Below are positions 41,074 to 52,835 of a stretch of 64,000 nt of DNA, piece by piece. Where the stretch lies: positions 32,001 through 96,000 of the forward strand of contig CBDATR010000010.1 in the NCBI GenBank assembly GCA_965200155.1, written 5' to 3'. The stretch's first letter is position 1. Every line of letters starts with the position of its first letter. The stretch is from Nitrosopumilaceae archaeon (GTDB lineage: Archaea; Thermoproteota; Nitrososphaeria; Nitrososphaerales; Nitrosopumilaceae). Below the pieces are notes generated by a model. The model had not been told where the DNA came from. It saw nothing but the letters and a program-made list of their open reading frames with translations, and did no database searches. A program made the translations under genes and the position numbers.

Positions 41074-41565
41074 TCATCTCCCCTTTATTGCAAAGTCTTT
41101 GCGGAGAGGTGGCAGATCCGCCCAGTCCTCAGGCAGTAAAAGCCTGCGATTGTCTGGGTGCCCCTCAAAATAGACTCCTAGCATCTCGAATATCTCGCGT
41201 TCATGGAACTCCACCGAATAGAATACATCTCGTAAGGTAGGAAGCTTGGTGGAATCGTTGCCCGGTGATGGTACATCTTCTCGTGGGGTGCGGGTAGCCA
41301 AGGCGAGTATCCTCTTGGACATATCCGGGTTGGTGTATGAGCCTAAATGGTATACTACTTCTATCTCCCCGGAGTCGGGATAATCTACCCCGGTTACTGA
41401 TTCGGCATGATCAAAACCCATCTCCCTGGCGTACTCAGCCGCCTCGTGGATGTGTTCTCGGGGTATGCGTATCTGAGGGCGCTCCTCATTGTCTGATATT
41501 ATTTCGCTTTGAGGAAACTTGGACACTATGAGTGCAGCCGTTCCCGTTGGGGTGGGGGCGTCCAT
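41074..41565 (-). CDS. nuoC: Complex I subunit C
   Basis: EREIFEMLGV.FEGHP..PLRKDF; TGATG overlap with nuoB. Confidence 0.95.
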   Translation of the reverse strand: MDAPTPTGTAALIVSKFPQSEIISDNEERPQIRIPREHIHEAAEYAREMGFDHAESVTGVDYPDSGEIEVVYHLGSYTNPDMSKRILALATRTPREDVPSPGNDSTKLPTLRDVFYSVEFHEREIFEMLGVYFEGHPDNRRLLLPEDWADLPPLRKDFAIKGR

Positions 41566-42089
41566 CAGACAAACTTCCTTGCTTTCATACACTTCATCTT
41601 TTCCTGTAATAACATACACCCTTGTATTAGCGTCTCCGGCCGCGGAGGACAACCGGGTACATACACATCAACGGGCAAAACGCCATCTATGCCAGGCAGA
41701 ACATTGTATGAATCAAAGTAAAGTCCTCCCGTTATGGCACAGGCTCCCATGGCTATAACATATTTGGGCTCAGGCATTTGATCGTACACCAAGCGCAGTC
41801 GGGGCGCCATCTTGCGCGTTATTGTTCCTTGTACCACTACAAGATCACACTGGCGCAGAGATCCGAAGGCTTCTATTATGCCGAACCGTTCTACATCGTA
41901 TCGGGGTCCTGACGCCGCACCAAACTCCACACTACAACATGCCGTTTCAATGTGTACTGGCCATAGTGACCATATGCGTCCCCAATTAATTGCATAACCT
42001 AGGGGCTTATCTACTGCCTTTTCTAAAATATCGCCAAGTTTTCCTACAAAGACATTGGCGTTATGTGGCGTAACCAATTCCTTTATCAT
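41565..42089 (-). CDS. nuoB: Complex I subunit B
   Basis: ACCSVE, MGACA and PGCPPRPE motifs. Confidence 0.96.
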   Translation of the reverse strand: MIKELVTPHNANVFVGKLGDILEKAVDKPLGYAINWGRIWSLWPVHIETACCSVEFGAASGPRYDVERFGIIEAFGSLRQCDLVVVQGTITRKMAPRLRLVYDQMPEPKYVIAMGACAITGGLYFDSYNVLPGIDGVLPVDVYVPGCPPRPETLIQGCMLLQEKMKCMKARKFV

Positions 42090-42096
42090 GCTAGCA

Positions 42097-42471
42097 TCAC
42101 CATATGTTCCGCCTCTTGGACTGGTGCAGGGCAACGGCCATGGCTGCAAACATTATGCCCAGGAATGCTATTAGTGGCAGGGTGGCAGACTTGGGCAGCT
42201 CTAGTATTGAACTGCCCCATGCGTATAGAAATATGGCCATAACATCAAAGACCACGAACATCAACACATATGCATAGTACTGCATCATGAAGTTCGTCCT
42301 GCCCTCGCCCTTTGGCACTTGACCGCATTCCATGGGTAGGAATTTGACTGGATTACTGCGACGGCGCGGTGAGAGCATTCTGGATATGATAAGTGCCGGA
42401 CCTACGGCCACCACTGCAAAGCCAAACATTAGTACAATATTGCCATAATTGCCCGCAAGCTCGCCAACCAA
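42097..42471 (-). CDS. nuoA: Complex I subunit A
   Basis: PMECG, YY..MFVVFDV. Confidence 0.95.
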   Translation of the reverse strand: MVGELAGNYGNIVLMFGFAVVAVGPALIISRMLSPRRRSNPVKFLPMECGQVPKGEGRTNFMMQYYAYVLMFVVFDVMAIFLYAWGSSILELPKSATLPLIAFLGIMFAAMAVALHQSKRRNIW

Positions 42472-42858
42472 TACGAATCACAAAATTGAAATTTACTATA
42501 AAAAGCTATGTGGAAATATCGTGATAGTCTTTTAGGTCACAACAAGCGTGGAAATCTGTCTTTGTGGTACCGGTCATCGACGTGCACTTGACATAGGATG
42601 GGACAATGAATATTGTGTCCCTGTGCTAAGTGACGCGCTCTTGATAGTGAGGGCGTACGGTCCTGCTATCCAAACTACTCACCGAGGCGGTTTGAAACCA
42701 CATGTCGTGCTTGTGGACAAAAATACACTGCAGTATCCATTTTTTCACGCTATCATTCCTCAACTACATCTGGACCCGGTGATAACAAAAATTACTGTGC
42801 GAGCGTAATAATGACTTTTGCATTGGTATAAATTTGCCATATGTCATGACAGGCTGTA

Positions 42859-43434
42859 ATGAGTGGCGCAAGTGCCCATGATGATACTGAATTAGGCGAG
42901 GAATCACAACCAGAATCCGTAGAGAGTTCCGCGGATACACAAAACATGCCGGATTCCTCTTTGGCCGATGATGGGGAGGATCTTCGAGCACTATTGGAGG
43001 AAGCAAGGCTCCAAGTTACAGAATATGAGGGCAAGTATAGGCGTGCAATGGCCGACTATGTTAACTTGGAGCGCAGAACTGCCTTGGATATAGAGCGACG
43101 CAAGAACCAAGCTACGGACAACCTGCTACGGGAATTTCTGGAGATATATGATGACTTTGTACGCGCTCGGGACTCTTATGGCACTGCCGGTGTTGACATC
43201 ACCGGTCTTGACTCCTTGCTAAAGAATGCCGAGGCTATGCTTGGACGGCAAGGTGTTACTCCTGTCTCCTCAATGGGGGAGCTATTTGATCCAAAGATTC
43301 ACGAGGCATTATCAACAAAGCCGGACTCGTCGTTGGAGGATCAGACAGTCGTGCAGGAGATTAGGAAAGGATATATTATCAGTGATAGAGTTTTAAGAAC
43401 GGCGTTGGTAGTTGTGTCTACTAAAGAGAAGTGA
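42859..43434 (+). CDS. grpE: Nucleotide exchange factor GrpE
   Basis: [23 protein letters not shown]. Confidence 0.95.
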   Translation: MSGASAHDDTELGEESQPESVESSADTQNMPDSSLADDGEDLRALLEEARLQVTEYEGKYRRAMADYVNLERRTALDIERRKNQATDNLLREFLEIYDDFVRARDSYGTAGVDITGLDSLLKNAEAMLGRQGVTPVSSMGELFDPKIHEALSTKPDSSLEDQTVVQEIRKGYIISDRVLRTALVVVSTKEK

Positions 43435-43439
43435 ATAAG

Positions 43440-45302
43440 ATGACAAAAGTAATTGGTATAGACTTGGGTACTAGCAATTCGGCTGCCGCGGTAATGATGG
43501 GGGGCAAACCTACCATAATACCAGCGGCGGAGGGTGCCTCTGTTGGTGGCAAGGCATTTCCTTCGGTAGTTGCATTTGACAAGGACGGAAATCTTTTGGT
43601 GGGTGAGCCCGCCCGTAGGCAAGCGGTAACCAATCCAGATCAAACAATAGTTGCCGCGAAACGAAAGATGGGTAGTGACTATACATTTGATATCTTGGGC
43701 AAGAGCTACAAGCCACAACAGATATCATCATTCATTCTACAAAAGATAAAGAAGGATGCAGAAGCCTTTACCGGGGATAAGGTAGAGAAGGCCGTAATTA
43801 CAGTTCCTGCATACTTTGATGACAATCAAAGGCAGGCCACAAAGGATGCGGGTACCATAGCCGGTCTTGATGTTGTACGTATAATCAATGAGCCCACAGC
43901 GGCATCCTTGGCTTTCGGACTTGACAAGACCGCGCAAGATCTAAAGATTTTGGTCTTTGATTTTGGTGGCGGAACTCTCGACGTTACAATAATGGAGATG
44001 GGCGGTGGCGTATTTGAGGTAATGAGTACCTCTGGAGATACACATCTTGGTGGCACAGACATGGATCGCGCTTTAGTGGATTACGTCTTGGACGAGTTCC
44101 GTAAGACGGAGGGCATAGATCTCTCTGGTGATAATACTGCCATGACCCGTATTAGAGAAGCCTCAGAGAGGGCCAAGATTGAACTCTCTACGGTGATGGA
44201 GACAGTAATAAACTTGCCATTTATTGCGCATGATTCTACCGGTCCCAAAAATTTGGAGGTACACCTTACGCGCGCCAAACTGGAAGACTTGATTGGGCCT
44301 ATTGTGGAGCGATGCCGTACATCATTGGATAAAGCACTCGAAGACGCAAAAATAACCGCTGCAGAGATAAATCGCGTTGTACTTGTGGGTGGACCAACTC
44401 GTATGCCTCTGGTGAAAAAGTTTGTATCTCAAGTAGTAGGAAGGGGTACGGAGGCTGGCGTGGACCCCATGGAAGCGGTGGCTATGGGTGCCGCTATACA
44501 GGCAGGAATAATAGCAGGTGATGTACAGAGTGATATAGTACTTCTTGATGTAACTCCTCTGACGTTAGGTATAGAAACACTAGGCGGCGTCCGTGAACCT
44601 CTAATAGAGCGAAACACGACAATTCCCACATCGAAGGCCAAGGTCTTTACTACCGCCGCAGACAACCAAACCGCGGTAACTATTCATGTGGTGCAAGGGG
44701 AGCGGCCCATGGCATCAGATAACGTATCACTAGGCAGCTTTAACCTTACCGACCTTCCACCATCTCCTCGGGGTGTGCCTCAGATAGAAGTAAAGTTTGA
44801 CATTGATGCCAATGGCATAATCAACGTAACTGCAAAAGATCTGGGTACGCAGAAGGCGGCAAACATAACTATTGAATCCACTTCCAAGATGGACAAGGAT
44901 GAAATTGAAAAACTTCGTGAGGATGCAGATAAGTATGCAGAGGAGGACAAGGTTCGACTTGAGAAAACGGAATTGCGAAACGAGGCGGAGAGCTTTATCT
45001 ATACCACTGAGAAACTGATTACGCAGGATCTAAAGGATAAGATTACGCAGGAACAAGGGATAAAGATTACCGATGCCATAAGAGAGACCCGGGATGTGCT
45101 GGACAAGGATCCCCAAGAACTAAAGGCAAAACTTGATACGCTCAGAAGCATGGTCCATGAGGTAAGTGCCGAATTATACAAGAATACCGGCCCAGCTAAT
45201 GATGACAAGAGCAATGATCAAGGCGACTCCCCACCCGGGCCAGAACAAGAGGATACTGGTGCCGACGCCGATAAGAAAGATAATACCAAGGCGAGTCAGT
45301 AA
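43440..45302 (+). CDS. dnaK: Chaperone DnaK
   Basis: [15 protein letters not shown] and DFGGGTLDV motifs. Confidence 0.98.
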   Translation: MTKVIGIDLGTSNSAAAVMMGGKPTIIPAAEGASVGGKAFPSVVAFDKDGNLLVGEPARRQAVTNPDQTIVAAKRKMGSDYTFDILGKSYKPQQISSFILQKIKKDAEAFTGDKVEKAVITVPAYFDDNQRQATKDAGTIAGLDVVRIINEPTAASLAFGLDKTAQDLKILVFDFGGGTLDVTIMEMGGGVFEVMSTSGDTHLGGTDMDRALVDYVLDEFRKTEGIDLSGDNTAMTRIREASERAKIELSTVMETVINLPFIAHDSTGPKNLEVHLTRAKLEDLIGPIVERCRTSLDKALEDAKITAAEINRVVLVGGPTRMPLVKKFVSQVVGRGTEAGVDPMEAVAMGAAIQAGIIAGDVQSDIVLLDVTPLTLGIETLGGVREPLIERNTTIPTSKAKVFTTAADNQTAVTIHVVQGERPMASDNVSLGSFNLTDLPPSPRGVPQIEVKFDIDANGIINVTAKDLGTQKAANITIESTSKMDKDEIEKLREDADKYAEEDKVRLEKTELRNEAESFIYTTEKLITQDLKDKITQEQGIKITDAIRETRDVLDKDPQELKAKLDTLRSMVHEVSAELYKNTGPANDDKSNDQGDSPPGPEQEDTGADADKKDNTKASQ

Positions 45303-45321
45303 AATTTCATAGTGAGGCCAT

Positions 45322-46380
45322 ATGAGCGCCAAGCGAGATTACTATGAAGTACTGGGAGTATCAGAAAGCGCAGATGCAACTGAGATAAAATCACAGTACC
45401 GAAAGCTGGCCCTAAAATTCCACCCAGATCGTAACAAGTCCGGTGATGCTCAGGAGCATTTCAAGGAGATAACCGAGGCATATGGTGTTTTGTCGGATCC
45501 TCAGAAACGCCAGATTTACGACCAGCGCGGTCATGCGGGTATAGACGGACAGTACACCCAGGAAGATATATTCCAAGGAGCTCGCGGTGGCTTTGGTGAC
45601 ATATTTCAAAATGTGTTTGGTGGTGGCTTTGATTTCTTTGGTGGTGGTGGCGATAGGACTGCACGCGGTGAGGATATATTCCGCGAACTTGAGATTACAC
45701 TAGATGATGTACTTCACGGTAAGACTGTGAGGATGACGCTTAACAAGGAAGTGTCTTGTAATAGTTGTTCTGGCAGTGGCTGCGCGCCAGGTACTTCCAA
45801 GAAGCGGTGTTCCTCATGTAATGGACAAGGGCAAGTACGAAAGTCCCGCCAGACCGGGTTTGCATCTTTTGTTACTGTGGAAACCTGCAGGGACTGCCGA
45901 GGGGCGGGCTCTGTCAATCAAAAACCTTGCAGGGACTGCCGAGGATCTGGTCGGCGCCAAGGATCCAAAGAGGTGCAATTTGATCTACCCAAGGGTTTAG
46001 AAAGTGGGGATTACCGAATATCTGGCGCTGGTAACGAGGTGCCTGGTGGAATAAGCGGTGACCTCATGGTACGGGTGAATATAAAGTCCCACCTGGACTT
46101 TCGGCGCGATGGAGCAAACATTTACTTTGACAGACACATTAGTATGGTAGATGCCGCCTTGGGCGGTAAATTTCCGGTTCCGACACTGGAGGGTTCTAGC
46201 AGTGTAAAGGTGGATGCTGGAACACAGCCTAACACAATAATAAAGATGGGCGGAAAGGGACTTCCAAAAATGAACAAATGGGGAAGGGGAGATCAGTTTG
46301 TTAGGATTGTGGTGGATATACCTACAAAACTGACCCGAAAACAGAAAACACTGCTCCAGGAATTCGTTGAATCAAATTAG
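45322..46380 (+). CDS. dnaJ: Chaperone DnaJ
   Basis: HPD, G/F region and four CxxCxGxG repeats. Confidence 0.98.
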   Translation: MSAKRDYYEVLGVSESADATEIKSQYRKLALKFHPDRNKSGDAQEHFKEITEAYGVLSDPQKRQIYDQRGHAGIDGQYTQEDIFQGARGGFGDIFQNVFGGGFDFFGGGGDRTARGEDIFRELEITLDDVLHGKTVRMTLNKEVSCNSCSGSGCAPGTSKKRCSSCNGQGQVRKSRQTGFASFVTVETCRDCRGAGSVNQKPCRDCRGSGRRQGSKEVQFDLPKGLESGDYRISGAGNEVPGGISGDLMVRVNIKSHLDFRRDGANIYFDRHISMVDAALGGKFPVPTLEGSSSVKVDAGTQPNTIIKMGGKGLPKMNKWGRGDQFVRIVVDIPTKLTRKQKTLLQEFVESN

Positions 46381-46486
46381 GGGTTATCTCGATTTTTGGG
46401 TGTTCTTGTATTGGTCTATCATTTGGTGCCATAGATTACCTCAACACTCAACAAATCGACGTTTTCTTGAATGTGCCACATTTTTC

Positions 46487-46578
46487 GTATGAGTTCATCT
46501 GTGTCTAAATTTACGCATAACTGATCGCGACAGTTAATGTGATTTGTGCATAAGATTCCGGAAGACGTGAACTCATAC
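46487..46578 (-). mobile_element. MITE-A copy
   Basis: 92 bp, TSD CATTTTTC. Confidence 0.97.
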
Positions 46579-46697
46579 CATTTTTCACTTGGGCAGTTTA
46601 CCCTAAAACTTTACTAAATACAAAAAAATATTGCAACGACTCATTTGACATCAACTAACTCCAAACGTTAATTAGGACTTTGCTTATTGCGGTACTG

Positions 46698-47048
46698 ATG
46701 GCAAATTTCAAGGTCAACATATCTGACTCCAAAGGTACATCCATAAGCAGAGAGCTTAAGGACAGTGATGCTATTCCACTGCTAGGATTGCAGATAGGAA
46801 ATGAAGTTGATGCCTCTATAGTTAACTTGGAAGGAAATCTTCGAGTAACTGGCGGGAGTGATAAGTCTGGCGTACCGATGAGGTCGGACATTCACGAAGC
46901 TAATAGGAAAAGGGTCTTGATCACGAAAAGTGTTGGCCTTCGCAAGGCCGAAGCGGGACAGCGTGTGCGGAAACTCATGCGCGGGAACACCATATCGGAG
47001 GAAGTTTACCAAGTGAACTGCCGATATGATGGTGTCATAGAAGCCTAG
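46698..47048 (+). CDS. rps6e: 30S ribosomal protein S6e
   Basis: FKVNISD, VTGGSDKSGVPM and RGNTIS motifs. Confidence 0.95.
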   Translation: MANFKVNISDSKGTSISRELKDSDAIPLLGLQIGNEVDASIVNLEGNLRVTGGSDKSGVPMRSDIHEANRKRVLITKSVGLRKAEAGQRVRKLMRGNTISEEVYQVNCRYDGVIEA

Positions 47049-47373
47049 CAGAGTATATTTGGCCCCCCCCAGTGATAAAATTGTGCATGTTCCTATATTC
47101 ACTAATTCAGTAGACAAATCGTACTGTTATCGTTCCACGACAGAACTAATCGTTAAAGCCAATCGTGTACCAATCTAGGCGCAGTTAAACTCTCACACAA
47201 ACTTGTTTAAACTTCTTACACAAAATTTAGTGCAGTTTTAGCCCGTTCTAGATGTGTGACCATACGACAAAATTTGCGCCGGTTCTGTGACATGACTAGG
47301 TGTTTCACTAAATTTGCTCCTGTTCCAGAATGATCTCGTCAATCACAACGTATCTTGCATTACTTCATTATCC

Positions 47374-47465
47374 GTACGAGTTCACGTCTTCCGGAATCTT
47401 ATGCACAAATCACATTAACTGTCGCGATCAGTTATGCGTAAATTTAGACAGAGGTGAACTCACAC
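47374..47465 (+). mobile_element. MITE-A copy
   Basis: 92 bp, TSD CATTATCC, one substitution in each TIR. Confidence 0.96.
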
Positions 47466-47479
47466 CATTATCCAGTAGA

Positions 47480-47570
47480 TAGACCTTATGCGAAGAATCC
47501 CCTCTCTATATGCTTGAATCAAGTTGACGCATATGAACAATTGCTCTTATTAGCGACTGCCATAAGTCTC
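47480..47570. mobile_element. Possible IS5(ISL2)-derived short relic
   Basis: Begins TAGACCTTATGCGAAGAATC like the IS5 TIR; weak right end GCCATAAGTCTC. Confidence 0.45.
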
Positions 47571-47710
47571 TGGGCAAGAAATTCTCCATTTACCATATAC
47601 AATCCCAGTCTTGTATACTACAGACGTGTGAGACACCCCATACTTGAGTAGAACTAACTAGTTACCAAAACACATGCTATTTAACCTACCGAGAAAGACA
47701 AACTGTTACG

Positions 47711-48973
47711 ATGCATTGGAGAGAAACATTGCCAGAGTGGTACACAAAAAAGTATGGGTATCAGCCGTGTGTGAACATAGGTACGGCTGGGCATGTGGAT
47801 CATGGAAAGACCACTTTGATACAGGCGCTCACTGGATCTTGGACCAGTGTACACAGTCAGGAACTAAAGCGTGGCATCACTATACGTGTAGGGTATTCCG
47901 ATGCGGCGTTCTACAAATGTGGCTCCTGTGAGGAACCCAAAGGATATTCTACCCAGCCTTCATGTCCACACTGCGGAGAATCTGGAGAATTGTCTAGGGT
48001 CGTAAGCTTTGTTGACAGTCCCGGTCATGAGAGCCTTATGGCTAATATGCTGTCCGGCTCTGCATTAATGGATGGCGCCCTCTTGCTTGTTGCTGCAAAT
48101 GAGAAGGTACCTAGACCTCAAACCAAGGAACACTTGCTAGCATTACAAACATTGGGGATAAAACAAATTATCATACTACAGAACAAGGTTGATCTTATGG
48201 GGTATAATGATGTGTTATCAAACTATAAGGATATACAAAAATTTGTTCATGGAACTGCTGCAGAATCCTCGCCGGTCATACCTGTGTCTGCGCAATCAGA
48301 TCTAAACATTGATGCAATAATTGGAGCAATTGAGTCTACAATAAAAACTCCCACTCGAGATAACTCCAAGAGTGCCATAATGCATGTATTGCGCTCATTT
48401 GACATAAACAAACCTGATACGCCTATCAAAAAAATACACGGTGGTGTAATAGGTGGTAGCCTCACGCAAGGCACATTTGAAGTGGGTGACGAAATTGAGA
48501 TAAAACCCGGCATTTTCAATGATAAAAAGAAAAGATATGAGCCAGTATGCACTACAATTGTATCGCTGGGTACCGGTGCTGGCAGAGTCGATAAAGCCAT
48601 GCCCGGAGGACTCGTGGCCATAGGTACAAAGCTTGATCCGGCCATGACACACAGCGACTCGCTCATAGGTTCCGTGATTGGAAAACCAGATACTCTACCA
48701 GAGAACACAACAAGTCTCGAGATAAGTGTAAACTTGTTTGATTCTGCAGTAGGCGCATCTAGTGATGTTAAGGTTGTGCCAATTACTATTGGTGAAATGC
48801 TACGGCTAAACATAGGAACCGCCCCTGTCCTAGGTAAGGTGACCAGGGTGAAAAAGCATACGGTGAAGATTGATCTACGCAGGCCTGCTTGTATATTCAA
48901 AGATGAGAATGTTGCCATAAGTAGAAGAATTGCAGAGCGATGGCGCCTTATTGGTGCAGGTACCGTTGCCTGA
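47711..48973 (+). CDS. eif2g: Translation initiation factor aIF2 gamma
   Basis: GHVDHGKT, RGITI, DSPGH, NKVD and RWRLIG motifs. Confidence 0.97.
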   Translation: MHWRETLPEWYTKKYGYQPCVNIGTAGHVDHGKTTLIQALTGSWTSVHSQELKRGITIRVGYSDAAFYKCGSCEEPKGYSTQPSCPHCGESGELSRVVSFVDSPGHESLMANMLSGSALMDGALLLVAANEKVPRPQTKEHLLALQTLGIKQIIILQNKVDLMGYNDVLSNYKDIQKFVHGTAAESSPVIPVSAQSDLNIDAIIGAIESTIKTPTRDNSKSAIMHVLRSFDINKPDTPIKKIHGGVIGGSLTQGTFEVGDEIEIKPGIFNDKKKRYEPVCTTIVSLGTGAGRVDKAMPGGLVAIGTKLDPAMTHSDSLIGSVIGKPDTLPENTTSLEISVNLFDSAVGASSDVKVVPITIGEMLRLNIGTAPVLGKVTRVKKHTVKIDLRRPACIFKDENVAISRRIAERWRLIGAGTVA

Positions 48974-49331
48974 AATCATCTGTGACACATCTTTTCTCAT
49001 GCACATATCCACTGGCCGCATATTCAATATGGATAGTCTTCAAATAGATATAGGAAGACTTGACTACATTGTGCCTAATGTAGTACTGTATGAGTTAGAG
49101 CGTCTCTCCGAAAATCCTACAAAACGGCATGATGCAGAAGCGGCGCTACGCCTTACTCGTGGCATGAGATGTATTCATCTTGGTGGTAAAAATGCAGATT
49201 CTGCCATAGTGAGATACGTTCAAAAACGTGGTGTATTGGCGGCAACCATGGACCGGAATTTAAAAAAAGCAGTTAGAAACGCGGGCGGTCGCACAATTTC
49301 CATACATAATGATCACATTGTGCTGGATTAG
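48966..49331 (+). CDS. PIN domain protein (Utp24/Fcf1-like)
   Basis: ICDTSFL, VLYEL, ADSAI and ATMD motifs; typical position after aIF2g. Confidence 0.88.
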   Translation: MPEIICDTSFLMHISTGRIFNMDSLQIDIGRLDYIVPNVVLYELERLSENPTKRHDAEAALRLTRGMRCIHLGGKNADSAIVRYVQKRGVLAATMDRNLKKAVRNAGGRTISIHNDHIVLD

Positions 49332-49453
49332 TACTATGCTCTCAGAGAATAATGTGGTGGATTGGTATGGGTTAGCATGTATTCAAATTTACACAAGGTG
49401 GTTAGCAACAATTTGCATGATTTATGTAAGTATTTGGAAAAGATGTGAATTTA

Positions 49454-50497
49454 TTATTTAGTTTTCATTAACACTTCTATTGTTTTTTTAAGTATGGGAT
49501 ATGGATCTTCCATCTCCTGTACTAGTTTACGAGCCTTTATCATATATGGTTCATGTGATCTTTGTAACAGTTTCTTTGTCATATTCACAGCTTGATCAGG
49601 AGTAGTTGCGCGAAAGAGTATTCCTTGTCGTACTAACAATCGTTCTATATAATTAGATATAGTGTTGGTGGATATAGTGGGTATGCCCATAAGTGCTGAT
49701 TCGGCAGTCATTGTTCCACCAGATCCTATGAAGAGATCTATGCTACTTAGTAAATCTTTGCTGTTATAGGATTTTGTTAAAATTTTAACATTGTTTCCAA
49801 ATAATTTTTGAAGATTTTTTATTTGATCGGTATACCTTGGGAGAACAACAATATTGGCCTCGCTTATTTCTGATACAAGCGCGCTTAATATTTGCCGCAT
49901 ATTGTTCTCAGTTTGTATATATGCAGATTGCTCTTCCGCCATTCGAAATAGTATTGTTTTGTGACGACTATGAGTAAAAAGCGTTGGGTTATTAGATGTA
50001 TTATGTTGTAGTAGAATGACAGCTGCGTCAATGGCTTTATACGTAACTATGTGTTGCGATTCTATTCCATATCTAGTAAACGCTGATCTTGGAATGTATG
50101 CTGGAATGAGTAATTTTTGTACTAGCGGAATACATAATTTCATCGTGTGTATTATATGAGGAGAGTCTGAAAAGGCTATGTGCTTTATCCCAAGACCGAA
50201 AGAAACACGCGCTGCTTCTGGAGAGCAAAAGCTTATTGTAAGATCTATATTTTTTTTTAGTATAAATTTCTGAAGTTGGGCTATCCGAGCCACACTTGAA
50301 CGTAGTTTTTCCTCTCTCTCTACGCCTCCGTGTCTTCCTATCACATTTAATTTTGTTTTGTGTATTTTTGTTAAATTTTCAAGCTCTCTATACCTTCGAC
50401 CCGTACAAATAACAGTATGTTCATTACTTAGATTATTTACCATATATGAAAAGAAAAGAAATTGCTTAGGAGTCAGAATATCGAACCATATATTCAT
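49454..50497 (-). CDS. DUF354-like putative GT-B glycosyltransferase
   Basis: IWFDILTPKQ, SPEAARVSFGLG and GSGGTMTAESALMG motifs; AT-rich. Confidence 0.85.
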   Translation of the reverse strand: MNIWFDILTPKQFLFFSYMVNNLSNEHTVICTGRRYRELENLTKIHKTKLNVIGRHGGVEREEKLRSSVARIAQLQKFILKKNIDLTISFCSPEAARVSFGLGIKHIAFSDSPHIIHTMKLCIPLVQKLLIPAYIPRSAFTRYGIESQHIVTYKAIDAAVILLQHNTSNNPTLFTHSRHKTILFRMAEEQSAYIQTENNMRQILSALVSEISEANIVVLPRYTDQIKNLQKLFGNNVKILTKSYNSKDLLSSIDLFIGSGGTMTAESALMGIPTISTNTISNYIERLLVRQGILFRATTPDQAVNMTKKLLQRSHEPYMIKARKLVQEMEDPYPILKKTIEVLMKTK

Positions 50498-50814
50498 ATT
50501 AGTATTTGTTTAGCATCACCATTGAATAATGTTTTGATTCAGTAGACCTTATGCGCATGATTGACAGTAGCAGCACATGTTGCTTCAAACTAGGGTGTAT
50601 TTTATGGCACACAATCAGTCAAGCATGAACAATGTTAATGGCACCTGCCAGCACTAACGTATGCCGTGATTGCAAATGTCGTGTAGTGGGGTGACCGGAT
50701 CTTGATGACGTATATCATGAGTGAGCTAAATGGTTACCACAAAACCCATTAATTTAGTGGATTTTCTGATAAGTAATATTTGAATTATAATAACACGGAA
50801 ATTATGGACAGATA

Positions 50815-50906
50815 GTATGAGTTCACCTGTGTCTAAATTTACGCATAACTGATCGCGACAGTTAATGTGATTTGTGCATAAGATTCCGGAAGACGTGAAC
50901 TCATAC
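50815..50906 (-). mobile_element. MITE-A copy without TSD
   Basis: 92 bp; flanks GACAGATA / AATTTCTT differ. Confidence 0.96.
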
Positions 50907-51266
50907 AATTTCTTTTCCAATTCATTTACATAATTTCTAATAATTTGGTATGTGATTTCGTATTTCTTCTATGGTGCGTGACGTATATGCTTCCAATACT
51001 CTCACACGTTCCTTGTAATGTGCAAGATCTTTCTTGGTAGACGCAAGATCACGGTGTGATAAATCAATAATATAGCCACGCCCTCTTGTAATGTGCAAGA
51101 TCTTTCTTGGTAGACGCAAGGGTATCCTGAAGTTTATTTTCCAGTTCCAATTCCTTATAGGACCGGCGTCTTCTCATTAGATTCTTATTGCAAATTTTGT
51201 ATTTAAGTAAAATATTGCCATGCCAATCTATATCTTAGTGAATGATCAAAACACGTAAACTCATAC
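50907..51266 (-). pseudogene. Left end and N-terminal coiled-coil remnant of putative MITE-A parent (IS66-like)
   Basis: TIR variant GTATGAGTTTACGTGTTTTGATCAT followed by MRRRRSYKELELENKLQDTLASTKKDL...VNELEKKL (frameshifted). Confidence 0.55.
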
Positions 51267-51572
51267 GAATTGTGTGCTTCAAGTTTGGCGTGCAGGATGT
51301 CAATTTTTCCACGCAAGCTTGTTACTTCGGCATCAGACTCGGTGCGTAGCCGATTGTACTCTGTTATTAACTGCTCCTTGGTGAGTTCTTCTACTTTTAG
51401 CATACCAGATATTACAAGATTAGACCTTTTCTGTTTCACACACGTGTTTGTGTTAGGCCAATCATTTGCATCTATAAACTTGGTTTAAACGTGTAATGTT
51501 GGACAAGTGATTCTGCGCATAAGGTCTAATAACAGGGCGCATTACAGTGTCATATGACTCCGCATGATTTTC

Positions 51573-51664
51573 GTATGAGTTCACGTCTTCCGGAATCTTG
51601 TGCACAAATCACATTAACTGTCGCGATCAGTTGTGCGTAAATTTAGACACAGGTGAACTCATAC
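51573..51664 (+). mobile_element. MITE-A copy
   Basis: 92 bp, TSD TGATTTTC. Confidence 0.97.
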
Positions 51665-51812
51665 TGATTTTCTGGTTCTTGTACTAAATCGTAGATAATT
51701 CTGTGTTTTATCATCATATTTCTGATCATGTTCCATAACAACTATAATTTCATCTGAAAACAAGTGCACCATGTGGCATTCCCGTGTATTTGCGGGCTAT
51801 TTGCATAAACTG

Positions 51813-52745
51813 CTATGCATCACTTTCCAAGCGAAAGTCAGTAGGTTGCATATTTGCAACCTCTATGAGTTTAATCGCGTATCTAATACTTTGTTCTGGG
51901 GCTGTATTTGTCTCCACAAAAAACGTGTCACATACTGTCTTAGGAGTACGAAATTGTTTATGGTTTGGGTGAAATGGAACAGTGTTCATGACACTGTTTT
52001 TAGGACCCGCTACAACAGGACAGTTTTTTTTACCAATCTTTTTGTTTTTTATTAACCATTCTGCAATTTCTGTCTGTAATTGTATCCATTTTTTCAATTT
52101 TACCCTTTTGTTATCCGGAAGTTTGAGCATAGGCGGCCCCATGCCTTTTTTGTAAGAGAATTTGTCTATTGGCACACCAGTCTCTTGCACTGTATCTTTC
52201 TTGGTGGGGGTTGACAATATGGTTGCATCCTGCACAATTTGCGAACCTGATTCGGAGTTTGTTTTATCAGTATCGCTGGGTATCTTGGCTTGTACGGCTT
52301 GACGATGTAGGTACATAATGTTTGGTAGTACAACATTCATAGATCCTGTTACGTGGAATTCAGTTTTTGCACTATCTAATGAATGATTTTTATCATATAT
52401 CTGCCAAAACCTACCGTCAGTAAGCACACCATAACGTACGTTCTCACTTTTCAGATAACCACGTAGTTGATTACGAAAAACATACATTTTTTGTTCGTTC
52501 AATTTTTTTACTTCAATTACCATATCTTGTCCCAACACATAATCCATACGTCCATTCTCGTTGGTACGACTCTCTGTAGTAACTTGATCCGGGTCTGATA
52601 AATCCCAATCCAATGCTCTGAGTAATGGATCTATTAACACATACCTAGTCAATGTTTCACTATTGACTAATAAACTCTCATGCTTTTTGATTTTAATTCG
52701 TATAATTTCGATGGCATTTATTACTGACTCCAACTCTATTACCAT
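51813..52745 (-). CDS. HsdR-N-like PD-(D/E)xK restriction endonuclease domain protein
   Basis: SETLTR..IDPLLRALDWD, RMDY..IEVKK, QL..Y and GVLTDG..W motifs. Confidence 0.85.
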   Translation of the reverse strand: MVIELESVINAIEIIRIKIKKHESLLVNSETLTRYVLIDPLLRALDWDLSDPDQVTTESRTNENGRMDYVLGQDMVIEVKKLNEQKMYVFRNQLRGYLKSENVRYGVLTDGRFWQIYDKNHSLDSAKTEFHVTGSMNVVLPNIMYLHRQAVQAKIPSDTDKTNSESGSQIVQDATILSTPTKKDTVQETGVPIDKFSYKKGMGPPMLKLPDNKRVKLKKWIQLQTEIAEWLIKNKKIGKKNCPVVAGPKNSVMNTVPFHPNHKQFRTPKTVCDTFFVETNTAPEQSIRYAIKLIEVANMQPTDFRLESDA

Positions 52746-52835
52746 ATCACAATACGTTATAAATATACCTATGTCTAGATTTTTGAAGTAATAAATTAAT
52801 TATTTCAAGAGTAACATTCAAAGATCAAAGGAGAT

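Larger units (their letters stand above)
50543..51528 (-). mobile_element. IS5 (ISL2) shell: both ends present, transposase interior replaced
   Basis: 50543-50814 matches 53762-54020; 51267-51528 matches the IS 5' end. Confidence 0.85.

Noticed and set aside
32342-42471. nuo operon lacking nuoEFG
   Set aside because: An 11-subunit complex I is normal for Thaumarchaeota.
42500-42850. Short ORFs between nuoA and grpE
   Set aside because: No recognisable motif; may be intergenic or a decayed gene.
47180-47330. Loose repeats (AACT..CACAAA; AAATTTGC.CC.GTTC at ~40-bp spacing)
   Set aside because: Too short and degenerate to call, and resemblance to the replacement cassette is only partial.
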